This document shows positions 52,278 through 60,204 of a stretch of 64,000 nt of DNA, one piece after another. This DNA is from a virus, in IMG/VR virus record IMGVR_UViG_3300047551_001153, positions 13,600-77,599 of that record; one strand, 5' to 3'. Below the pieces are notes generated by a model. It saw only the letters and a program-made list of their open reading frames with translations, did no database searches and had not been told where the DNA came from. The translations under genes were made by a program, and so were the position numbers. The number at the start of each line of letters is the position of its first letter. Position 1 is the first letter of the stretch.

Positions 52278-52499
52278 CTAAACCAATGTGGGGTCATTCA
52301 AAGTAAAACCATGTATGCCTCGCTTGAGTCTTTCCTTGCGGCTGAACTGCTTCTTTTGGAGTTGCATCACACTCGGCCTCTTGGCTGTGGAAGCCTTGTC
52401 CGTCCGAACGGACATTCGGTCTGTGGTGTGTGCCGTGTGTGCGGTCGGAGCCGTCCACTCGCCCAAGTCCTGACGCAGTTGTTCAAACGATTTAGACAT
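52278..52499 (-). CDS. Hypothetical protein
   Basis: ATG 6 nt after CTAAATA (52506-52512); 'MSKSFEQLR..L.E' N-terminus resembles T4-like internal head proteins. Confidence 0.6.
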   Translation of the reverse strand: MSKSFEQLRQDLGEWTAPTAHTAHTTDRMSVRTDKASTAKRPSVMQLQKKQFSRKERLKRGIHGFTLNDPTLV

Positions 52500-52508
52500 A
52501 CACTATAT

Positions 52509-53564
52509 TTAGGCGTGCAATGCTTCCATGTACAGGTCACGCAGGAGGTTCTTCAGGCGGGCGGCATCCTCCACCCCCTCCATTCCGTCAACCTCATCGC
52601 ATATCAAAGTCAGGGTATCCTTGGTCAGGTCAACGACCTTGGATGACTTGGAGTTCTTGTCCTGAATCGCCCGCTCGTCCACCGAATAGGAATAGCACCC
52701 CGCATCGTTCAACGACTCAAGAAGCCGTTCAAACATCATCGGGTTGGACTTCTCCTCCACCACGACCTTCACGAATGTATTCTTATACTCCGTCAGGTTG
52801 AGCATGGGCGAGCAGTAGTCCGTGGTCTTGTCGTTGTAGGTCAGTTTGGTGAAGATTCGGTGGGGATTACGGATGTACTCAATCTCACGGGTCTCTGTGT
52901 CAAACACATGGAAACCCTTGGTCTCGTTGAGGTCGCTGAAGGTGATTTGGTACTGGGTTCCGAGATAGTGGATATTACCCTTACTGTGCTTACAATGGAA
53001 GTGCCCGCTGTAAACGGCTTCATAGGCTGACAACAGACCCGCATCCATGCCGTCATGATGTTCAACACCCCGAAGCACTTCGTAGCCATTGAGTTCAAGG
53101 TGGCCCATGAGTACGGAGGCGGGCTTGGAGGCGATGAAGTCCAAACAGTCCTTTTCGTTGTCCTTGGTAATCCACGGAACAAGAGCGATGTCGCCATCAA
53201 TCACGGTGGGCGTGTGATGGATGTACCAGTTTTGGCAATGATTAGCCGAGGAAAACAACTCCCGAACAGAGTTGATATTGTTAGTGTTTTTATAGTACAC
53301 ATCGTGGTTGCCAAGAATGGCATCCACTCGCACACCCATGTGGTAAAGCGGCTTCATGAACCGCTCGTTCACGACATTCAGGGTCTGAAAGTTGACATAC
53401 TTGCGGCGGTCCATGAGGTCGCCCAAGTGAATGACCCTGCGAATCTTGTGTTCCTTGAGATAGGGAAAGAACTCCTCCTCCCAGAACTTCATGAAGTGTT
53501 CAAGGAATACGGGGTTGTCGTTTCTGGCTCCAAAATGTGTGTCGTTAATGATGGCAATCTTCAT
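52509..53564 (-). CDS. gp47: Recombination endonuclease nuclease subunit (Mre11/SbcD-like)
   Basis: 'DTHFG', 'HLGDLMDRRK', 'GNHD', 'GHLEL.G', 'SGHFH'. Confidence 0.96.
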   Translation of the reverse strand: MKIAIINDTHFGARNDNPVFLEHFMKFWEEEFFPYLKEHKIRRVIHLGDLMDRRKYVNFQTLNVVNERFMKPLYHMGVRVDAILGNHDVYYKNTNNINSVRELFSSANHCQNWYIHHTPTVIDGDIALVPWITKDNEKDCLDFIASKPASVLMGHLELNGYEVLRGVEHHDGMDAGLLSAYEAVYSGHFHCKHSKGNIHYLGTQYQITFSDLNETKGFHVFDTETREIEYIRNPHRIFTKLTYNDKTTDYCSPMLNLTEYKNTFVKVVVEEKSNPMMFERLLESLNDAGCYSYSVDERAIQDKNSKSSKVVDLTKDTLTLICDEVDGMEGVEDAARLKNLLRDLYMEALHA

Positions 53565-54151
53565 TCAAAAACATCCTCAAGAGAACGCTTGGATTTCTTC
53601 TTGCTGACACGCTTTTTCTTGACTTTCTTCTTGGGCTTGTCTTCCTTCTGAAAGTTCTTGAGGTCATTGTCGCTGAGAGAGACGAAGTGGGCGTATGCGT
53701 TCTCGCTCTTCAGGTTCTCGTCGCTGTATCTGTTGTCCTCAAATATCTGGTTCTTGAAGCGACCCGTCTTGTCGTTGTTCTCTATGCACTTCATCTTGAT
53801 GAAGAGTTGCTTCTTCTCCTTGCTGATGCGACGAAGGAACGCATAGTAGATGATTTGGGTGAAGAAGGCAAACGGATTTCTGGATTTCTTCTCGTCAAAG
53901 TTCGCCGTGTACATGATGCAGTTCTCAATCCCGTCCGACACCATTTCCTCTTTGAAGATGTAGTTGGCGAAGTTGGGCTTCTTGGCGAGATTGTTGGCGA
54001 TGTCAAGGAAACATTGCCCGATGTAGTTTGATACACCAGGCGGCTTAGTACCCTCCTTCTTGGCCTTACGGACAGCCTTCTTGTACTCTATGAGTTCGTT
54101 GAGAAATCTCTCGTTGTCAATATAGTGGTTCTCTTTTGACCGTTTAGCCAT
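53561..54151 (-). CDS. gp55: Late transcription sigma factor
   Basis: 'HYIDN..FL', 'YIG.CFL.IA..L..KPNF.NY.F.EEM.SDGIENC', 'NPFA.FTQIIYYAFLRRI.KEKKQ'; SD AAGGA before MAKRSK. Confidence 0.96.
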   Translation of the reverse strand: MAKRSKENHYIDNERFLNELIEYKKAVRKAKKEGTKPPGVSNYIGQCFLDIANNLAKKPNFANYIFKEEMVSDGIENCIMYTANFDEKKSRNPFAFFTQIIYYAFLRRISKEKKQLFIKMKCIENNDKTGRFKNQIFEDNRYSDENLKSENAYAHFVSLSDNDLKNFQKEDKPKKKVKKKRVSKKKSKRSLEDVFE

Positions 54152-54160
54152 ATGGGTTCC

Positions 54161-54206
54161 TTCCTTATCATGTCGCACATCATATAAGGAAATCGGGATT
54201 TGTAAA
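54161..54206 (-). promoter_or_regulatory. Promoter TTTACA-N16-TATGAT for gp55, with an inverted repeat covering the SD
   Basis: -35 at 54206-54201, -10 at 54184-54179; arms TTCCTTAT/ATAAGGAA at 54161-54168 and 54184-54191. Confidence 0.65.
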
Positions 54207-54277
54207 GGGGTTTATAAAAAATCTTCTAAGATTTTATAATCAAATATTAGAAACACATTTTCAGACCTACATACCCT

Positions 54278-54376
54278 TGTCCTATAAGGGACATATAGTC
54301 TCTATAGAGATTAAATATACTCTTTTTATAATACAAGATAGTCTATTAAGTCTCAATAGAGACTATAGGTAGACTA
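54278..54376. repeat. Cluster of inverted repeats in an AT-rich intergenic region
   Basis: TGTCC..GGACA (54278-54293), TCTCTATAGAGA (54299-54310), nested TAGTCTA..AGTCTC-AATA-GAGACT..TAGACTA (54339-54376). Confidence 0.8.
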
Positions 54377-54385
54377 AAGGGCGGT

Positions 54386-54799
54386 TCACTCAAAAGGCGG
54401 AGGTGGATGGTCATCATCTTCCCCACCTTCCCCATCACCGAACTCATCATCCTGCCTTCGCTCGTTTTCGTCCTGAACATCATCAAGTTCATAGTCAAAG
54501 TTCGCTTTTGCCGAGTGGTAGTCCCTCACCATCGTTGAATCTGGCATGGAGATGCAGATGACAGCGGACTTCGGAACGATATACATTTCATCTTGGGAGA
54601 ACTCCATCCAGTTTTTCATGAAGATAGTCGTTTCCATGATGGTCTTGCTCCCCTTCTTCTTCCGAGTGGGAAGGTGCATGATGGTCATGGGACACTCAAG
54701 CGTGTAGATGCCGCCGTTCTCATGGGGATTGGTGGTGTCGGCGATTCCCGCAATCAACACCTCTCCCGTCACCAACTTGACCAAACGAACTGGATACAT
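54386..54799 (-). CDS. Conserved T4-like hypothetical protein between uvsW and gp55 (Sm-like fold candidate)
   Basis: 'VRLVKLVTGE.LIA', 'W..FS.D..Y.V'; acidic tail; SD AGGAG. Confidence 0.7.
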   Translation of the reverse strand: MYPVRLVKLVTGEVLIAGIADTTNPHENGGIYTLECPMTIMHLPTRKKKGSKTIMETTIFMKNWMEFSQDEMYIVPKSAVICISMPDSTMVRDYHSAKANFDYELDDVQDENERRQDDEFGDGEGGEDDDHPPPPFE

Positions 54800-54809
54800 G
54801 ATTATCTCC

Positions 54810-56309
54810 TTACATAGCCAAAGGTATTTTTACAATCTTGTGTGGGAACTTTTCCTCATCATACAACTTCAATCTTGAGATGAAGTGCATCATGGTGTAG
54901 TTAGGGTGGTCTTTCCAATGCAAATCGTCGGCGATGTCATAGAGTTTCGCTGAGTCCTTGTTCTCACTCTTTCTCAACTGCCGACCGATGGACTGAAGCA
55001 CACGAATGCGACTCTTGGACGGACTGGCGAAAATGAGGTTCTTCAGACTTCTTATACTCACGCCAGTAGAAAAAGTTCCATAGGATGCCACGATAATGGC
55101 ATCGGTCTCCTTCTCCACAATCTTTCGGATGGACTCTCGGTCATCCGCTTCGGTCTCTCCCGCCACAAAGAACACCTTGCGACCCTGTGCCACCCGTTCT
55201 ATCATCTCGTGCAGGGGTTTGCCGTGCTTGTCAACGAACTGAAAAAGGACAAGCGTGTTCCCCTTCACCGATGACGCTAAGTTGGCGATGAACTTGTTGC
55301 GTGGTTCACATTGAACTATCCAGTCAATCTCATCGTGATAGGTCAGGCCCTTGATGACCTGTCTGACCTCTGGGGGATATTTCAGTAGAATACACTCAAT
55401 GTTCAACGAGGAAATCAGTTTCCTCTCAATCAGTTCATGTGTGGAAATCATCCTGCGAGACGGCCCAAACAGACCCTCAATACAGAGTTTGTGAATCTTG
55501 GTTCCGTCAAGCGTTCCCGTGAGTGCGATGCGGTAGGGGCAGTCCACCAACTTGTTCATCAGAGTCGTGAGCGACTGGGCCTTGAAAAGGTGCGCCTCGT
55601 CCCCGATGACCACTTCAAAGTTATCAAACCATGCCCGTGGCATCTTGTATACGGACTGCCATGTCGTGATGACCACTTGGCGGTCTGTCAACTTCGGAAC
55701 ACCGCCATGTATCTTGTGGCAGTTCTTGTGCGCCGACCATTTCGTCTTCTCCGAATATTCATCAAAGTCCGAATACATTTGCGTGACGAGCGAGATGGTG
55801 GGAACAACAATGAGTATCTTGCGTGCGGGCGAGATGACATTCTGGTAATAGCGGACAAGGCTGTAGATGATGAGGCTCTTACCGCTTGCTGTGGGAGACA
55901 GAATCACGCATCGTGACTGGTTCACGGCGTGACAGAAAGCATCAACCTGATGGTCATGCGGTTCAATCTCTTCGCCGTGTGAGGTCGGATGGAGTGCCTT
56001 GATGAAGTCTTTCGCCTTGTCGCAGTCCACCTTGACTTCGGGTGTCGCAATCTGGCTGTCAACCTCCATCACATACTTGCGCTCTTGGGCGAAGGTTGCG
56101 AGGTAGTCCAACAGACCTGCGGGAAGAATGCCCGAGTAGGCATTAAACAACCGCACTTTTCCGTCCCACACCCTACGCTTGTATGCGGGCGTGTACTTGG
56201 CTCCAGGCACTTCAAAGGTGAAAAAACTCTGAAGTTCTGTGGCAACATCCTTGTCCGCAATGACACGGACATGGGCCGAATTCACATGACGAACCTCTAT
56301 CACACCCAT
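54810..56309 (-). CDS. uvsW: SF2 DNA helicase
   Basis: 'FTFEVPGA...P.Y...WDGK.RLF', 'SPTASGKS', 'GDEAH.FKA', 'TGTLDG', 'ASYGTFSTG', 'LQSIGR.LR'. Confidence 0.96.
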   Translation of the reverse strand: MGVIEVRHVNSAHVRVIADKDVATELQSFFTFEVPGAKYTPAYKRRVWDGKVRLFNAYSGILPAGLLDYLATFAQERKYVMEVDSQIATPEVKVDCDKAKDFIKALHPTSHGEEIEPHDHQVDAFCHAVNQSRCVILSPTASGKSLIIYSLVRYYQNVISPARKILIVVPTISLVTQMYSDFDEYSEKTKWSAHKNCHKIHGGVPKLTDRQVVITTWQSVYKMPRAWFDNFEVVIGDEAHLFKAQSLTTLMNKLVDCPYRIALTGTLDGTKIHKLCIEGLFGPSRRMISTHELIERKLISSLNIECILLKYPPEVRQVIKGLTYHDEIDWIVQCEPRNKFIANLASSVKGNTLVLFQFVDKHGKPLHEMIERVAQGRKVFFVAGETEADDRESIRKIVEKETDAIIVASYGTFSTGVSIRSLKNLIFASPSKSRIRVLQSIGRQLRKSENKDSAKLYDIADDLHWKDHPNYTMMHFISRLKLYDEEKFPHKIVKIPLAM

Positions 56310-56334
56310 TCACGGGTATTTAGGGGTTCTTAAT

Positions 56335-57042
56335 TTAGTTGCTGAATGCGTATGTTCGAACCTGCTCAAGCATTTTCGCTTTGTTTTCCACACCCACCAC
56401 AAAATTGGCGTGCCAGAGATATTGTGCTGATAATTGCTTTCCGTGTTTGATAAAAATGTCGTTGTTTGGTTCCCAAATCACACCGAACTGAATATGACTA
56501 AGATTTCCGAATCCGTTTCTGGCATCTAAGAGTGCGACTTTAGGACGCTCAATTTCTTTTCGAGAGTCAGACGCATAGAATTCATTGAAAGCAACTTGAT
56601 CGTGGTAGTTTATATCTTTCTTGATTCGCTCCCTACTTTCGGGAAGATTCATCAAATCTACTACCGCCTGAAAAAACATTTCAGTTTTTCTATTTGGTCT
56701 AATTATCATAAAACCCGTACAAACATTTCGCCCATCTCTTTGGGCAAGTATATCATAATCGCTTTGAAGTAATGTATTTACAGCACCGAGCATATCTGAA
56801 TTTTTATTGAATACAATGTCACAATCAGCATATACAAATGGTTCTGCACTCTCTTTTATTTTCCTAACGATGTTTGATAGTTTTTTGATTGTTGTTAGAC
56901 GAAACCCGTCTTCGTCATACAAACCAGAACCAATTTGTTCTTCATATGCGACATCGGGAATAAAACCCTTTGGAACAGAAGGAAGAAAGTAGTCGTTCAA
57001 TAATTTTTTGTGTGATTCAGTACAAACAGTCAAAAGTTTCAT
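56335..57042 (-). CDS. Nucleotide-diphospho-sugar transferase (GT77-like, GT-A fold)
   Basis: 'FVYADCDIVF' (DxD), 'DILAQ.D...CTGFM.IR.N', 'DQ.AFN', 'HANF.VG.ENK...L'. Confidence 0.8.
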   Translation of the reverse strand: MKLLTVCTESHKKLLNDYFLPSVPKGFIPDVAYEEQIGSGLYDEDGFRLTTIKKLSNIVRKIKESAEPFVYADCDIVFNKNSDMLGAVNTLLQSDYDILAQRDGRNVCTGFMIIRPNRKTEMFFQAVVDLMNLPESRERIKKDINYHDQVAFNEFYASDSRKEIERPKVALLDARNGFGNLSHIQFGVIWEPNNDIFIKHGKQLSAQYLWHANFVVGVENKAKMLEQVRTYAFSN

Positions 57043-57476
57043 GACACCCCCGATTTAAATTTCAAAAAGTCGATTGCATTTCGAATAATCCATTGGCGAT
57101 TATTTATACCCTTGATGAGCGAATCCAGATAATCAACCTTGGCTTTTTGCGCTCCGAGTTTGGACTGAAGTTTCATGAGTTCGGCATCGGACTCAAGGTA
57201 GTAGTCCAAGTCGTTGCGAAGGATTCGGTGGTCAAACGGCTCCCACCCGAGTTCCTTGAGTTCGTCCTGAGACATCTTGCCTGTGTAATACTCCCACTTC
57301 TGCTTCCTTAAGACCTGAAAGTCCATTTCGTATTTTCTCAAAATCAGGGTCTCATCGTGATAAATACTAAGATATTTACCGTGAAGTTGGGGAATGCGGA
57401 TAGACTCATCGGCCAGTTCCGTGCCGTCAATCTTCAAGTCTATGTCCGCCATCTCTCTGATTTGCTGAATGTTCAT
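57039..57476 (-). CDS. uvsY: Recombination mediator
   Basis: 'DLKID...L..ES.RIPQLH.KYL', 'KWEYYTGK', 'YLESD', 'I.NR.W.I.NAIDF.KF'. Confidence 0.92.
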   Translation of the reverse strand: MNIQQIREMADIDLKIDGTELADESIRIPQLHGKYLSIYHDETLILRKYEMDFQVLRKQKWEYYTGKMSQDELKELGWEPFDHRILRNDLDYYLESDAELMKLQSKLGAQKAKVDYLDSLIKGINNRQWIIRNAIDFLKFKSGVS

Positions 57477-57483
57477 GGGCATG

Positions 57484-57511
57484 AGTATACCGACCGAAAA
57501 TCCTTTGTCAA
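57484..57511 (-). promoter_or_regulatory. Promoter TTGACA-N16-TATACT (uvsY, leaderless)
   Basis: Perfect -35 box; ATG 57476 lies 7 nt after the -10 box. Confidence 0.8.
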
Positions 57512-57525
57512 TAGATACTGATGAC

Positions 57526-58068
57526 ATGAAGGTGTACGGGGTGGACTATTCCATGACCTCGCCTGCCGTCTGTTCAGTCATTGACGGCGTGTACACTATC
57601 CGCTTCCTAACAGACACCCAACGCCACCTTCAGACCCACGAGTACGACTCCAAGGTGGGCCATATAACCGTCATAGGCGACCCCTATCCCGAGTATCAGT
57701 CTCAGGAGGAACGCTTCGATAGAATCGCTTCCTGGGCCATTAGAAGCCTTGGGAAGGGTCGCATCATCATAGAGGACTATGCGATGGGGGCCAAGGGTCG
57801 GGTCTTCCACATCGCCGAGAACTGCGGCCTCCTAAAACATAAGATATGGAACCTTGGGTACGGATACGAGACCGTCCCCCCGACCACCCTGAAGAAGTTC
57901 GCCTCTGGAAAGGGCAACTCCGACAAGAACGCCATGCACCAAGCATTTACCGAACTGACAGGGGTTGACCTTATGAAGGAGATGACCCCGAATATGAAAA
58001 ATTGTGGTAACCCCGTGTCAGATGTGGTAGACGCTTTTTTCCTCGCCCGATTTGGACTCAGCGGCTGA
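57526..58068 (+). CDS. RuvC-like (RNase H fold) nuclease, putative Holliday junction resolvase
   Basis: 'GVDYSMTSP', 'IEDYAMG.KGRVFHIAEN.GLLK', 'P...KKFA.GKGN.DK..M', 'SDVVDAFF'. Confidence 0.8.
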   Translation: MKVYGVDYSMTSPAVCSVIDGVYTIRFLTDTQRHLQTHEYDSKVGHITVIGDPYPEYQSQEERFDRIASWAIRSLGKGRIIIEDYAMGAKGRVFHIAENCGLLKHKIWNLGYGYETVPPTTLKKFASGKGNSDKNAMHQAFTELTGVDLMKEMTPNMKNCGNPVSDVVDAFFLARFGLSG

Positions 58069-58486
58069 CAACTTTAGAGAACAAGTCGGGGAATGCTTTC
58101 ATGGCGATGTCCCGACTGATGCCGTAAGTCTCCGCAAAGGTTCCCTCAAACAGAGAACGAATGAGTGTCACTTCCTTGCTGTTTACGGACTCAAGAATCT
58201 GAGTGAGAATTTCATCCTTGCGTTGAATGTTGAGGTTGTAATCTTTTCTGAAAAGATAGAACCGCTTGATTTCGGAATAGATACTTGTCGGAGCAAGACC
58301 TTCGGGACTGCCGTCTGCTGTAAACGGTGGGAGGTCATTGCGGTACAAAGGCGATTCATCAAACGCCAAGATAATGACCGCTCGCATACCCGCCGTGTTA
58401 TTCATCCGAAGACCACGAACAAAATCATCAGGACCATTTGCGTCTTTCTTGATGTTTTCCAGAATTTCGGGAATCGTCAGCGTCAT
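58058..58486 (-). CDS. Conserved T4-like hypothetical protein
   Basis: 'I.EIL', 'L..AFD', 'P.G...TS.Y.E..R.Y.F', 'QILES....E'; SD AAAGGAG and CTAAATA (58510-58516). Confidence 0.75.
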   Translation of the reverse strand: MTLTIPEILENIKKDANGPDDFVRGLRMNNTAGMRAVIILAFDESPLYRNDLPPFTADGSPEGLAPTSIYSEIKRFYLFRKDYNLNIQRKDEILTQILESVNSKEVTLIRSLFEGTFAETYGISRDIAMKAFPDLFSKVVSR

Positions 58487-58524
58487 GATAAACTCCTTTT
58501 ATGTGATTCTATTTAGGCGACCAC

Positions 58525-58552
58525 TTGACAAAGTTTTAGGACATGGTACATT
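58525..58552 (+). promoter_or_regulatory. Promoter TTGACA-N16-TACATT (extended TG)
   Basis: Followed by SD AGAAAGGA and ATG 58576. Confidence 0.75.
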
Positions 58553-58575
58553 CTGACCCAAGAAAGGATTTGTGT

Positions 58576-58797
58576 ATGAAGAACAATCAGAGTAATCAAG
58601 AGCGTGAACGCATGAAGGTGTATGTTCGTTCTCTGGGCAAGGTTGCCACCGTTCGTCGTATTGAAGATGACCCCGTACACGGCAAGCAGTACTTGGTCAG
58701 CACATACTCACCTATCTGGGGACCTGACTATCAATGGGTCAAGGAGAATGATGTTGAAGTCGTGAAGAGCGTAAGACACAGCAACAAGCCCACCTAA
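58576..58797 (+). CDS. Hypothetical small beta protein
   Basis: Promoter plus SD; MKNNQSNQ... Confidence 0.7.
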   Translation: MKNNQSNQERERMKVYVRSLGKVATVRRIEDDPVHGKQYLVSTYSPIWGPDYQWVKENDVEVVKSVRHSNKPT

Positions 58798-58805
58798 ATA
58801 TCACC

Positions 58806-59075
58806 ATGCCGAATTACGAATATTTTTGTAATGCCTGCGACCACAAGTTTGAGCAGTTTCAAAGGGTCAACGACCGTGCGAAGCCGACGAAGAAACCTTG
58901 TCCTGCGTGTGGTAAGAAGAAGGTTGAACAATATTTCGGCACGGCTCCTGCGGCTTGCGACCCAATCCGCTTGGGCACGGGTGGTGGGCGTGGGATGAAA
59001 GTGGACAAGGGCTTCAAGGAAGTCATTTCCAAAATCAAGAAGGCGCATCCTCGCAACACGATGCCTGACTATTAA
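58806..59075 (+). CDS. FmdB-family zinc-ribbon protein
   Basis: 'MPNYEY.C..C...FE', 'CPACG'; ATG 5 nt after CTAAATA. Confidence 0.85.
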   Translation: MPNYEYFCNACDHKFEQFQRVNDRAKPTKKPCPACGKKKVEQYFGTAPAACDPIRLGTGGGRGMKVDKGFKEVISKIKKAHPRNTMPDY

Positions 59076-59077
59076 TC

Positions 59078-59749
59078 ATGACACACAAACTTGAATCGGT
59101 ACAAACAGAGTCGGGCAGATACTATCGTTCGCCAAACACGGGTAAGTGGTATCCGTCCGTAACGACCGTGGTCAACCATGAGACGGAGGAGTTTTGGGCC
59201 AACTGGCGCAAAGACCCCAAGAACGCCGAAATCTCAAGGCGTGCGTGCGCCCGTGGGAACGCTCTTCATACGAACATTGAAGAGTATCTCAAGGAGGGAA
59301 CACTTCCCGAGATTCCTCTCGCACGGGCGAGATTTCAGGAAATCCGTCCCTACCTTGACCGCATCACGAAGATTCATGCCATTGAACAGACGCTCTTCTC
59401 CGACCAGATTCTCATGGCGGGTCGGGTGGACTGCGTGGGTGATTATGACGGCGAGATTGCCATCATTGACTTCAAGTCCTCGTCCAAAGAGAAGACCGAA
59501 TCGCAAATCAAGAACTACTTCCATCAAACCACGGCCTACTCAATGATGTGGGAGGAGATATACGGACAGCCCGTGAACAAGGTTGTCATCCTGATGTTGA
59601 CGGATGACGGCGTGCTTCAGGAGTTCGTCCGCAACCCCAAGCAGTATCGCAAGTCCATGCTCAAGGTGGCGAAGGGATATTGGGAGAAGAACTCATTCAA
59701 GGCCGTACAGGAGAAAGCAAATGAACTTTTTGAAAAGACTGTTCGCTAA
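59078..59749 (+). CDS. PD-(D/E)XK exonuclease (conserved in T4-like phages)
   Basis: 'YPSVTTV', 'RG..LH..IE.YL', 'AGRVDCV', 'IIDFKSS.K.K', 'YF.Q..AY'. Confidence 0.88.
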   Translation: MTHKLESVQTESGRYYRSPNTGKWYPSVTTVVNHETEEFWANWRKDPKNAEISRRACARGNALHTNIEEYLKEGTLPEIPLARARFQEIRPYLDRITKIHAIEQTLFSDQILMAGRVDCVGDYDGEIAIIDFKSSSKEKTESQIKNYFHQTTAYSMMWEEIYGQPVNKVVILMLTDDGVLQEFVRNPKQYRKSMLKVAKGYWEKNSFKAVQEKANELFEKTVR

Positions 59750-59945
59750 GGCCGAGGAGGAAGCACCTCCCGCCGAAGTCAAGCCGCAGAAGTACCATTG
59801 TATTCGCTTCATGACCGACAGAGGCGAGCAGGTGGGAATGTTGCTCACGCACGACGAGTTTGAAACCGCCGTGAATCGTTGGGTCAGTCAGATTTCATCT
59901 ATGCCCGTCCAAGAGGAACTGGACGAAGAACAAGGAGTGCTGTAA
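59721..59945 (+). CDS. Hypothetical protein
   Basis: Start MNFLKRLF after SD AGGAG; TAATG coupling to gp33. Confidence 0.65.
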   Translation: MNFLKRLFAKAEEEAPPAEVKPQKYHCIRFMTDRGEQVGMLLTHDEFETAVNRWVSQISSMPVQEELDEEQGVL

Positions 59946-60184
59946 TGGGTTCAGTCGTAAATTTGTTTCACGATTTCTCAAAGGAGGTGGAGGAAATCGC
60001 CAAGAACAAGAAGGAAGGCGGTTATTTGGAAGCCATCATGGAACTCTGTGAGAAGTATGAGATAGAGCCTCAGTCGGCGGCCAAGTTGCTGTCCAAGCCT
60101 ATCCGTGAAAAACTGAAGAATGAATTTGAATCGTTGAATATGATTCGGGGCAAAAGAAAATCAAACAAGTTGCCTCTTGACTAA
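59945..60184 (+). CDS. gp33: Late promoter transcription co-activator
   Basis: 'FS.EVE.I......YLEAI..CE...IE....AKL.SKP..EKL..E...LN'...'KLPL'. Confidence 0.9.
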   Translation: MGSVVNLFHDFSKEVEEIAKNKKEGGYLEAIMELCEKYEIEPQSAAKLLSKPIREKLKNEFESLNMIRGKRKSNKLPLD

Positions 60185-60204
60185 ATCGTGAACTCGTATA
60201 CTAT
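60177..60204 (+). promoter_or_regulatory. Promoter TTGACT-N16-TACTAT for gp32
   Basis: Same spacer as the five other promoters; SD AAAGGAG downstream. Confidence 0.65.

Noticed and set aside
54180-54385. tRNA gene in the intergenic gap
   Set aside because: No cloverleaf, T-loop GTTC motif or acceptor stem recognised; no tRNA was seen anywhere in the window.
32016-56309. Introns, inteins or homing endonucleases in primase, nrdJ, thyX, gp46/47 or uvsW
   Set aside because: All are of normal length with contiguous motifs; no HNH, GIY-YIG or LAGLIDADG ORF was recognised.
59078-59749. Cas4-like nuclease as sign of a CRISPR system
   Set aside because: It matches the common T4-like exonuclease; no repeat-spacer array or other cas gene was seen.
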